Shown: positions 48,226-60,400 of the stretch, one piece after another
How positions within the stretch are numbered: the first letter of the stretch is position 1
How the letters are laid out: each line of letters opens with the position of its first letter
Origin: Podarcis cretensis
Lineage: Eukaryota
DNA: 64,000 nucleotides
Assembly: GCA_951804945.1 (NCBI GenBank)
Contig: OX638156.1
Location: 39,866,001 to 39,930,000 of the forward strand
Direction: 5' to 3'
Position numbers and translations under genes: made by a program
Notes under the pieces: model-generated
Told to the model about the DNA's origin: nothing
The model's database searches: none
What the model saw: the letters and a program-made list of their open reading frames with translations, nothing else

Positions 48226-51200
48226 TGGGGTGGTGCCCTTCATCCATCCACACATACCGCCTGAGGCTCGTCTTCCCTCCATGGCCTCTCACTCCAGCCA
48301 CTTCGGGTAGTTTTGTTTGGTGTCCATCTCTCCACAGTTCTCCAGGAGGTAAGGGAGGGGGCTGATGGGTTGGGTGCTCCATGTTCAGTGCCTTACAGGC
48401 TACATTGCAAACCGGACTGTCCTGCTGTGGCACAGACCCCCTGCCTTTCTGTGTACATAGCTGCCTTGGGCGGGGGGGCGCGGCAGCAAATGGGAATGCT
48501 GTGTTAGAATCCAACCATGGACAGCATCTCTAGACCCTGGCAACCAACAGTGCTTGGGACCAACTCCCTAGTGATTAGCCCGGTCATGCTTCTTTTCCAT
48601 CCTCACTGTGGTGGGACTTGAGGCAGGAGTGGGTGGGACGGGACCACCTGCCTGTGCAGCTTAGTTTCTTGGGCTGGAGGAGTTGAGCCCCACACTGCTG
48701 CCCCCTCTTGTTTTGTTCCATGGTGGAAAGGCTCGATACTGAGGAATGGCCTGCTCTTTCCCCTTCATCTCTTGTTAATACGCTGCAGTCTGCTGTTCAT
48801 AAACTGATAAGTTATGATGAATTTCATTAAAACGTTTGTAACTTTATTTTGAAAAACAGTAGTTCTGTGTCTTTCCCCTTCCATAGCTCATAATTTTGTT
48901 TAGGTTACAGATTCATATTCTAACTCCCACAAAAGGAAAGTCTTACAATGCTTTACTTTATATATTATGCCCTTTTCTTCTTTAAAATGAAAGTGACCCT
49001 TGGCCCCCAAAGTGACCTAGGAAAAAGCAGAGAGGAAGCAGGTAGCTCCAGCTCTGTTTACCCCAGCAGCCCAGAGACATACCCAGAGGTTTTTCTCCTG
49101 GTTTGTGGAGTCAGGTACAGAGGGGGTGAATGCCCTCTGGTGTTGGATGTCCGCTAATGACAAAGTTAAGTCCAATTTGTAGACTAAATCCACCCCAGAG
49201 GCAAATTTTATCCACTTGTGTCAAAAGGAAAATGTTATAGCTGTTTATGAAAGCAGAAGGGAGGAAACAGCTTTGTTAAAAATGATTTGAATCTGAATTA
49301 AGTAGCATCAGATAGACCACAGATTGACTCAGAACAGATTGGGCTGATGAACAAAGCAACAGATACATATCCAAATTGAATCTTTTGGCTCGTGCACACC
49401 CTTAGTAAATGCCAGTTTACAACTTGCCATTTTAGTCTGATCTCCCTACATGCTACTTCCTTTGTGTGTTTTGTCTATTTAATTTTATAGGCCTGATGGC
49501 ATGTCTGCATTTCATTTAATTCTATAAAGTGCTCGGCCCTAGCACTGTATTGAATTGTTGAGTGGTGTGAGCTTACATTTGGAGTAAGTTTATTATTTGA
49601 AAGTGAGAAAACTAGGGATACTCAAGGAATTTGATGTATATATTCCAGAGTGAATTCACTTGGTACACATCATGGAGACCTAAGGTGTGTTTTTTTTCTT
49701 TTTTTAAAAAAGGCAGACCATAGATCACCTCATAACAATTAAATCTGCAGAGAAATGCATACTTGAGACTTCTAAAAAAATACACATAAAAAAATGAGAG
49801 AAAACAGAAGGAACATAGACAAAAGTGACATGGACTGAAAATAAACAGATATATCCTTAAATACAATAATAAAAACAAATAGGAGCAAATAAGTAATTCT
49901 GTATGTTACAGGGACAATGATCCCTTCTGTGGAGCTCATTAGAGGATTTCTATTAACCTGGAGTATGCGGGAGGAAAGATGAAATTCAGAGAAAATGCCT
50001 TTAGTCCCAGCTATTCTCATAGCTGCTCTGGCCTAGCCAACTACTCATTGTGTGAAGTGAGTACTAGTGTTGCAGGTTAAGCTCTGCCCTAGTCCAGCTG
50101 AATTTTGCTTCCACTATTGCTTTTCTATTACAAGGAAGACCGCTGAGTTGTTCGTTTTATAAAAAGCAGAAACACATGGTGCTTGGAAGCCACATCTCGG
50201 TGCAAAGAGTTTATTAAATTAAAAAAATCAATGCAGAGGGCCAAAAGGATGGGAATGGGTCTAGGACCTCCATTCTCCCTTTAAAAATATAGTAAAATTC
50301 ACCTCATGTCAAATAGGCAGATGAACCATCTCCTGAAGTCCAGTTGCATCCAAGCCCAAATCCATCCATTGCCAGCACGGATGAGGTACAACAGGGGGCT
50401 GGCATGTCACCTTCTCTCAGGATGGGACTGTGTCTGATGGAGAGACCCTTCGCAATTCAAGGGCTGGCAGATGGCACCACCCTTCTTTTTGCTGTGGCTT
50501 CCCTTTCTTTGTGTCTCCCAAATCAGTGTCTATAAGCCTCTGAGGTGGACAGGAAGATGAGTAGTCTCTTTAAAAAGTATTCATGGTTTCTGAAACTCCT
50601 TTTAAAAAAGCATGTTCCTCAAATCAGCTGCTTCACACAGGAATTGGCCTCAGTTTCCCTAAAAAAACAACAAAAAACCCAAGGGAAAATATTAGGGCAC
50701 TTTGCTTTCTACTCCTATACTGCATCCACAGTGAGTGCGAACCATCTCTTTGCTACATGCATAACAGGTCACCCATGAGTGGCAGCTGGCCAGGCTCTAG
50801 CCAAAACCTCTGTGTAGAATGTCATGCTAATTAAGTTTAAAAAATACAAAACTAAAAGAATTTACAAATTGTGTTCTATAATCTAATGGCAAATGATCCT
50901 TCAAGTTATGTTTACTGCATTACTGATTCTTGCACAGGAAGAGTTTCAGAATATGAAGCACTTTCTTAAAGCAACAGAAAAGAGAAGCTGGTCAGGGGTA
51001 GGTCAGAAAGCCACCTCTGGCGACAGATTTGGAGATCTGATTTGAGATCTGAAGCAGAAAAGGAATCTATGAAGGAGCAGGCAGTTATGCTGGCACTTTA
51101 AGTACAGTATACAATTAGATCAAAGAAGAGTTATCATACAATGCCCAGAGGCTCCATCCCTAGAATGCTAGAGGTTTCGTAATACACCTCTATGGTTACA

Positions 51201-51450
51201 AGCAATCAAAACATGCTTTAAAAAGTAGAATAAAGGTGGAAACTTAAGTTCTCAAGGTTCAGTGCCACTTCCCAGATTCTGCAGATGTGAAGATGCCATC
51301 AACTACAAGCCCTGACCCCCAAGAAAGCAGGAGAGGTTGTGCCCATTCCCTGTCTCCCTGGCCAAAGCATAGCCCTTCACCTTGCTAAGCAGCTTAGTCT
51401 CCAGCACCCAGCACCTGTCCACACTCACCTGGAGGCAGACAGAGCTTCTC

Positions 51451-54400
51451 TTAATTCCAGGCTGAAATCAAATGGGACAACAGGTTTGTTTTGCATCCCC
51501 ACACTTATAAATTAAGAGGAAAAGCAGCCGGGCGTGTACTGCATTAATGAACAATTAGCTGCTTGGTGCTGGGTGACACCATCATGTCTTGATGAGTTTA
51601 CTCACAGCATCTGGCTGTCCAGCATGGCTGCTGGAACCTTCGATTTGATCCAACAAGAGCAATTCTAATCCTTGAACTTCCTAGAAAAGTTTATGAACAT
51701 GGAGTGTGCCTGGCAAATGATGGATTTGAGGCTGGAGGCAAAAGGACTATCTCTGTTCTAATTGTAAATGAGGATAGCTGATCTCAAAGCAAAGGTGCAT
51801 GGAGATGAATGTTGTCTAGAGGGCTCCCTACACTCTGTGCTTCTCCTGGAATACACTTGATGTTCTATACACCCATCCCTCCCCTGCCATTGTGACCTGA
51901 TTTGCCCCGGTAAGAGCAGAAAGCCACTACTCATGAACATGAGCAGCCAGAAGATTTTCTAAGCACCCAGCATCCATCCTGGTCCAAATCAATCCCACTC
52001 TCTACTGCCACCCCTACCTACAGTATACACAGAATGGAGGGGTGGCTGGGACAGGAGGGTTGTCTGATCTGCTTCCTTGAGGGACGTTTCAAGGCCTATT
52101 TGTGTGTCTTGACATCATATGGTAAATGAGACATCAGCCTCCTGTTTACTGCACCCTTCCTGATACCTCTATTATGCTGCTTCTTCCTTCCTCCTACCCC
52201 TGGATGATTACACAGCAGCAGTGAGGAGAGGGCTTGCCCTGTTGCAGGCCTCATCTTCAAAATAGTTTTGAAATAGTTAGGCAAATGCACATGCACACAC
52301 ACTCTGAGTGTCCAGAGGCACCAGTTGTGGAATTCTGCTCACCTCTACATGAAAACCCAGAGAGCATCACTGTGTCTCAGAATCTCTGGGAGAGTCAGAG
52401 TGCCCTGAGGAGCAAAAGGAAGAGCCAGCTTCTATGCAAGTCTTACCTGACGTCTGGAGTCTTGCCCGGAGTGAACTCGCTCGCCGAGTCCGAGGAGAAG
52501 ACTGACTTCGGATGCAGGGCTGTGCTGTGACTGATGATGAGTCTGCCTAGAAGAGCCGCCACAGGAGTTTGCAACATTTTATGTTAACTTTGTGGAGGTT
52601 TGTGGCTTTATTTTTATATGAGAATAATTTTAGCAGTACATACAACTAATATCACATTTCCAAAATAGAAGCTGTAAAACACCAAAATTGGAATTTCTAT
52701 AGCAGTAACATACACAGTAACTGATTTGGTGTTAAGCCAATATAACCAGGGCCCACCCAAGACATTTTGGCACCTGAGGTAGACCCCAAATGGCGCCAGG
52801 GAAGATCTACATCAGGAACAAGGGGATAAGGAAGATCAGCATTGGGGTTTGCCCCTGTGGATCCTACTGCCTGATGCGGTTGTCTCACCTTGTCTCATGG
52901 GTGGGCCGGCCCTCAATATGACATACAAAGTCATAAGAGAATACAGCAAACTTATCAAACTAAAAGTATCATATACTACATCATGATACATTTGTTTTGG
53001 CTGATTTCCCCTCATATCTATTTCTGTTTACCTAAGAAATATGAAATCTGAAGTGAAAAAGGCCTTGTAGGTTATTATTTACACTAGATCACCCAACCAG
53101 CACCTGCCTGGTGTCTAGATTATACCAAAAGCGCTTCCCTGTAGGCAAAGTATGAAGCAAGAATAAGCACAAAGATACACTCCTGCATAAGAAAGCAGGA
53201 TGAAACCAATGAGGGCCAGTTACCTCTAAGTGCTCCTGACTGGTCCAGGAGCCCAATTCTGTCCTCCGAGAGCCACAGCCCAGTTCAACAGAGCGAACCC
53301 TCTCAGCAAACTTAAGGGAACAGAGTGTCTCACTTGTATTTTTCTCCACAGGAGAGACCTGACCAGGGAGGGAAAAGGGAACATTCATGATTATCCATAT
53401 TTAAAGCTGAAAGAACCGAGGGAGAAGTAGTGAGCTCCTGCTGATGCCTCCCGCTTATAGATCTATGCTGTTTGTCCCCTTTCCCCAAAGGTGCATGAGA
53501 TGGAAAGCAGGGAGAGAAACAGAAGGAGTCTTGCTGCCCTTTGCAACTTTGGGTTATGCTGGGTTTTTCTTTTTTTCTTAGGCGGGGGTGGGGGATGCTC
53601 CAGGGCTGAGATTACACAGCCAAGCACACAAAACATTTTTTAAATATCCAAACAGTGCAGGCAGGGAACTTACACCAGTTGTTGCATGCACAACTGCACA
53701 TGGCAGTCAAAACAGGAGCGGCCTTTTTGCTAAAGTGTTATTCTGGACAATATGATATGATACGATACACTGTGTGTAGATTGCTAACAAAGAATTTTAT
53801 TTGTGGTGGGGGCTGGAAATAGTTATTTGTTCTATTGTTACTTGATGTATTGCATTTGTCAATCTTTTGCAATAACCGTTACTAACTTTAAAATAACAAG
53901 CATCTGGACTGCTGAATACGTTTTTATTATTCCGTATCCAGATATTATTGAAAATAAATAAAAATATAGCAAAAGGAAACATCCAGGAATGGCATAGCTC
54001 TCAAGGAGAAATAGGCGCATCACACTGCACCAAATACACTGAATATGCAATTCATTATGTGTCACTTGAAAGCCCCCCCCCCCCATTATGGCTCTTATGG
54101 AAGCACCCACCTGGACCATCATGAGGGTCTTGCTGTCACCACTGAGAGAGTCTTGAAGCAGGTAGGTCAGCTTGGAGTTGCGGAATGGCACATGGCCCTG
54201 GCGGGAACGCAGGGCATAGATCACATCTCCCAAAGCTGAGAGCGATTTGTTGATGTACTGGGCCTCACGCAGCCTGCTCCCCTCTGCACCAGACCTCCCC
54301 ACACGCTCAGATCCTGCCAGATCGACCAAATTCAGCTTCCCTAGGAGGAAAGAAGTCAGGCACACTTGAACTACAATCCTGAGCATACTTACTTGCTAAT

Positions 54401-57400
54401 AAATATGTTTAGGACTGAGCTATTAATATTCAAGAAGACTTTGGGTCTTGGCAAACAACAGCCAGAGCCATCGATGATCAAGCACCCTTCTAAGCTCACC
54501 AAGAAACCAAAGAGCTTGACTGTATGTAGAAACTGGTGGTCGAGAACCCAAGGGTTCAGTTACTGGTTTGTCCACAACGGTGGCAAACACAATGCAAAGG
54601 AACTATCCCTGGCTACCAGCCAAAGTGATGCCCAGTAATGTTTCTTACAATTTATTCTGCTCAATTAAACCTGGTGGCTCACTGCATGGACCTCTCCTGG
54701 ACCTTGTCTCAAGTATCAACCGGCCTGAGTTACATTGTCATTTGGCTATCATCTACAAAATTTATTGTCATATCTGCTTCCTATGTGATTCACTTACAAC
54801 CTAGGTTAGGAGACCATGTTTCCTTCATGGTTGACAACAACTAGGAGTAAATTTCTACCAACCTGTGGTTCGTATTCCTGTGCTGTAATCAATTCCCCTC
54901 ACTGTGATAATCAGGAGGGCGTGAGATCGGGAGCTGTGCTCGTTCAAGTAGGTGCTTTCAGTCACTCGGTTGATATGACCAAATTCAAAGACCTAGAATA
55001 AGTGCACAGAGAGAGAGAGAGATGGTCAAGCCACACCTGTCTTCAGCAGCCAGTTCTCACATAGGCCTCCCTCTCTGACCATCATCCCAGGCACTTGGCG
55101 CCCATTCAGAGGGCAGCAGGATGCCTGAGCAGCAGAGAGTGCCTTTGCAGAACTTCCCTGGCACCACATAGTCAGTGGAAGTCCTTAAGATTTGTTACAC
55201 ATGAAAACAGCTGAAAACTCAAAGCCCAAGAAACAGGAAAAAAGATGCAGGCTGCACAGTAAACTCAGCTTCACAGTGCAACGCACACAATACTGCCCAC
55301 ATCACATTTTTATATAATCCTATCCTATAAATCAAAGCAGTTTCTGGTACTTGTGTCATAAAATACTCATTAAAATTCTTCATTTATTCTTCCTGTAAAT
55401 CTCATTTACAGAAGTGAGCTTTTCTGAACATCCCTCGCCTGGACCTAGACTGGGGGGTGGTTGACTTGCTATTTAAAGTGAAGCCGCCTTGCCCGTTTTC
55501 TAACCTGGTTGATGTCTTCTACACAGTGCACAGGGAACTCTGTCAGGCCTGGCACATAGAGCTGTCCACTACCATCTGGGCACAGTTTGATGTCCAACTT
55601 CTCCTGTGGCTCCTTTCCAAGCAGGTCTCTGAAAGAGAGAGGCAAGCAAAATCTTTGTAAGGCTATGTGCTCCAAAAGGACACTTTTCCAGCATAGAAAG
55701 ATGGGTTAGGGGTGCAGTAGGTGAGAGACAGTTGCCGAAGAAACAGTAACAAATAAGATACCTAATATTTGATTGCTAAAAGAAAGCCCCCACATTGGTT
55801 CTCTTGCAGCAGGATCAGGTCCCTTAGCTAAAGAGCTGTTTCTTCCTTCCCAAGTTACAAATTGCAGGAGGACAGCGTTCTTCAACCTAAGAGTGTCCAA
55901 TACCAACACCATTCCAAGTGCTTTGAACAGAGGCAGAGAACAGCTAATGGAGGGAAGGAGGGAAGAACCATGGAACAAGTATTCCTCAGTCAAAGGAAAT
56001 TTTTTAGCTGAACAAATTCTAACAAGTCACAATGAACTGCCTTGGCTAAGAGTGCAGCTACCCAAGAGGAACTAAATTCTGAAAACAGATGAACAGAGTT
56101 GCCACTGCAAGAGCTAATTCTGTCTCGGGGCTCCGTTCTGAAACTTGCTTCAACACCAGAGCTAGTTTCCAGAGCATCTGAGTAGGAATATTAAAACTGC
56201 CTATCGGCACATCCATCAACACCACTGGAGCCAGAAGGTTAGACTTTCATGAAGCATTCCCTTGTTATATGGGGCGGGGTCGCTTCTCCTGCAGAAAGCA
56301 CAAGCTGTTCCACCACTGCCACTGAAATTGTTTACTGGGACATTCAAAACCCTAGGGTTTTGAATCTAGGGACTGAGAAGTCTTTGGCATCCTGCGGTTA
56401 CCTGAGGGCTTCGTTGTAGATCTCAGCCACACTGACAGTGATCTGGTAGTTCCAGTCGGAGGCTTTTGCCTGCACTTCTGAGAAGAGAAGCTGCAGTGCC
56501 CGCTGGTTGATTCCTGGGTTTTCGGGAGTTCCCTGGTGAGGAAAATGGAAGGGACATCATGTTCCTTCAATGAATTAACATTACATAAAAAGAAAGGAAC
56601 ACCAGAAAGAGTGTGTGTGTGTGTGTATGTGTGTGTGTGTGCGCGCACACGCACACACACGCTCATGCCAGGCAGTCCAGCACACCATCACTGACTCACT
56701 CTGCAGTGCAGTCATCAATTTCCCTTCCCTCTATCCATCTCCCTGCCATCCCCAGCAGTGGGGGACACACAGTTTTTCTGTAAAAATGGAAAAACAATAA
56801 AACCTTATAAAGGCTAAAAGGTAGTAATTTGAACTCTATACCACAAATCCTCCTCAGCAAACATGGAAACACTATACAACACAGTCTGCCCCAAACAGCA
56901 GCCAGAAAGCCTAAATAGCAACTGGTGTTTTCAAAAGAATGAAAGGAAATTGGACCACTCCTACCCCTTGAGGCAGAGCAAGTGGGAGCAAAGGATTAAC
57001 CCTGCTCATCCAGTGAAGGAGGAATCAAGACTGGTGAGAAGGTTCCCTCCTTTTCCAGATGACCACAGGTAACCAGATTTATTGACTCCTAGTTTTGACA
57101 CTGCCTTCTAAAAGAAGAGGTAACCCTTTCCTGTTTACTCCACCCCTGTAATGAGTAAGAGCAGGAAGGAGTGGGTTTTTTTGTAACCTAAAACTGCACA
57201 ACGAAGCAGCCTGAAAAACCTTTGGAAGAGCATTGAGCAGCTGCAGGGCCACATTTTAGGGACTTGCCAAATGAATATCCCATGGGGCAAGACCTCCTGG
57301 GTTGGTATGAATAACTGGGGACGTTCATAAGGGAAAAGATGCTCCCCAAGATATGTGGGCCCAAGGATACCTTTAAAAGGTGAGAGCCACCACCTTGAAC

Positions 57401-60400
57401 TGAACTTGGAAACACACTCGCAGACATGTAATATGGGCTTTATATTCAGTCCCCACCCCCCAAATAGATAGGCATTTAGCACTAGCTGAACAACCCCACA
57501 ACAGGGCTATGGAAACTGCAGAATCAGCAAATCGTTTAAAAAGGAACTGAAAAGCAGCTCACCTCCATTGTGTATGTCTTGCCGGCACCTGTCTGGCCAT
57601 AGGCGAAAATGCAAACATTGTAACCATCAATGCAGGATGTGATCAGGGCTTGAACTTCCCGGAAGACCTTTAAAAAACAAAGTTTGCGTAAGGCATTGGC
57701 AGAGTACTTTGCTCTGCTGCCATCAGGCTCATACATATCCATGAGACTACTAAGTCCAAACTAAATGAATCACAACCTCTTTACATATAGAGTAAAGGAG
57801 GAGGATGAGATACTGCAGCAACAGCAACATGTCTAATTTGCCTGCTGGTAAACACATTCCTACCTAGTTAAGTAACCCAACAAATGAGACGTTTCCCTTT
57901 GAGCTACGTTCCTCCTTCTCTCACCCAGCAGACATTCTTGCTAACTTAACAGGAGAACACCGTGACTATACTTACATCTTCCTGTGTTGCTTCAGGAGGG
58001 AAAACCTTGTCAAGTTCAAATGATACCAGCTTCCCTCTATGCATCAGATGCAAGATGGCATCATCATCAGGGTCAAATGTCACCACACTGGCAGCTTCTG
58101 GCCCATCGCCATCCTCTTTACATACTGGCCGAACACGACCAAACACACGGATATTGCCTTAAAGGGAAATTATAGCTTTATAAATCTGAGAACAGCTGGC
58201 TTCTAGGCTCCTAGGCCACCCCACAGAGAATTACAGTGTCTGATGGTTATCTCAACCACTAGGCTATATTCCAAAAGAACCATCTTTCCTAATGGCATTT
58301 AGGGTCAGGCCAAGGTTCCAGAACCTTGTTTTTGGTGAAGCAGAATGTGTGCAAATCCAGACAGCCATCAGCAAAACCACCTGAGCCACAATGAACATCC
58401 CTTGCATAAGAGATAGCAAGATGTTTCCACTGCAAAGGCTCCCCCAACTCTCAAGCTGGGAACCCCAGAAAACACCACCTCAGCTTCCTATCAGATAGCC
58501 TCAGCCGTCAAGTGGCATCTATGCCATGCCCTCAAGGAACCCATACATAGGGACCCACAGACCTTTCAACCGCACAAGTTCATTGTGACATTTCTTCCGG
58601 AGCTGCAGTTCTCTGCGGTATTTCCTCAGGAGCTCCTGATTTGTACTGTTGACCTCTTCAATGGCTTGGCCAATCTTTGAAGAAAGGACAAAAGAGTTAG
58701 GGGGAATATGTCACATTCTGCGAGGTGGAGAATCTTACTCCTCCTCATCTCATCCAGATCTTCCCATCTCAACTGAGCCACTCATAATTAAAAAGGAACT
58801 TTACAACCAACAGGGAAGGTGCAGCACCACACCATTTAGAGGGCGGGAATCAGCCCTGAGATTTGGAAGTAGGACAATCTTGCTGCTGGACTGACCTCAG
58901 CCTTGGCATTCTGTAGGGCTTCTTGGAGAAGAACAGGAAAGTCTTTGACCTGCCGCTTCAGGCTATTGTAATCATTTGTAAGGGTTCGAAGAGCTGGCTG
59001 GAGAGTCAGGAGATTTGTCCTCACTCCTACGGAGATGAATAAATGTACATTAAGGCAATGCTACAGACTCATACATTTTCCCATTTTCATTTGCAAAAAG
59101 CATTTCTCCTCCTTAAACAAAACCACCATTAAGGAAGATGCTGGTTCAAATGATCTCTGAACTGAAAGGCAGCTGCTTCTTCAAAAGCCAAACCAGGCCC
59201 TTGAGAGAAATGTTTGGCCAGCTTGAAGATACTCACCTGCCAGGTTCTCGTGGACAGCTTTCATTTCTACCTGGGCTCGAGCAAATGCTTCTTCAATGGC
59301 TCGATTCTTGTCCTCCTCCATGTTCTGCATCTCCTCCAGCATCTGCTCGTGGGCCCGCTCCAACTCAGACTCATACAACGTAACCTAGGAAACACAGCAA
59401 AGGAACCTGTCAGGGTAAAGAGGCCAGGCTACCACTTTCCCTCCCCTCTAGGGCGAGCAAATCTCTCCAATCAGTTCCTCTCTGTTTCTCATTTTTCCAA
59501 TCTTATGTTCAGTTACCCACATTTCTACAAGGGTTTGCAGTTTTTTTTAAATAATACAGTGGTACCTAGGGTTAAGAACTTAATTCGTTCTGGAGGTCTG
59601 TTCTTAACCTGAAACTGTTCTTAACCTGAAGCACCACTTTAGCTAATGGGGCTCCTGCTGCCGCCACACCGCTGGAGCATGATTTCTGTTCTCCTGAAGC
59701 AAAGTTCTTAACCCGAGGTAATATTTCTGGGTTAGCGGAGTCTATAACCTGAAGCGAATGTAACCTGAAGCGTATGTAACCCGAGGTACCACTGTAATAA
59801 TCTTATGAACATTCACCAGCATTTTAACCTGAATTTCTTCTTATGACACACATTTTTGTGTGCAATTTCCCCTAATAAAATTATATTTGTATGTTATTTT
59901 CAGAGATATATGCATTTGTGTGCAAACATTATCCTAGTATATGAATTTTTGTACACATTACTTGGCTAGAGAACCATACTAAAAATATGAGAATTGCGAG
60001 AATTTCAAAGGACAACTGTTTCAGTTCTTGTATGGTTTCAGGAAGCATGAATGTGGTAGGTTTGCCTTTAAATGCAAACTTAATGGAATTTCTCTCCTAT
60101 CCCTCCTCTAACATCCATCAAAAGAGTGCCTTCTGCTGCCGATAGGAAGGTATTAGGACCCAGGGCCAGGTTGCAAATGATCCTCCCTGGGCACACCAGT
60201 GAGGCTTCAGAGAGAGAACTGGAAAGAGGGCCCTGGAGCAGCAGGTAGAGAGCTCAGAGAGGAGGAAGAGGATACTGCTGCAGAAGTACAGCAAGAGGGG
60301 GACCTAGAAGCTAAAGAATGCATAAGTCTCTTGCAAGGGACCAAAAGCAGAGAAGAAAGCACCAACAAATGAAGAAGCATCCTTAGCGCTTCCTGTTCTT

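Noticed and set aside
54940-54960. KIFC3 switch I region reads [12 protein letters not shown]
   Set aside because: The substituted positions fall in the variable x sites of TxxNxxSSRSH; catalytic residues are intact
59580-59790. Recurrent TAACCTGAAG motif with spacers (CRISPR-like look)
   Set aside because: Irregular subterminal repeats of a Tc1 MITE in a eukaryotic intron
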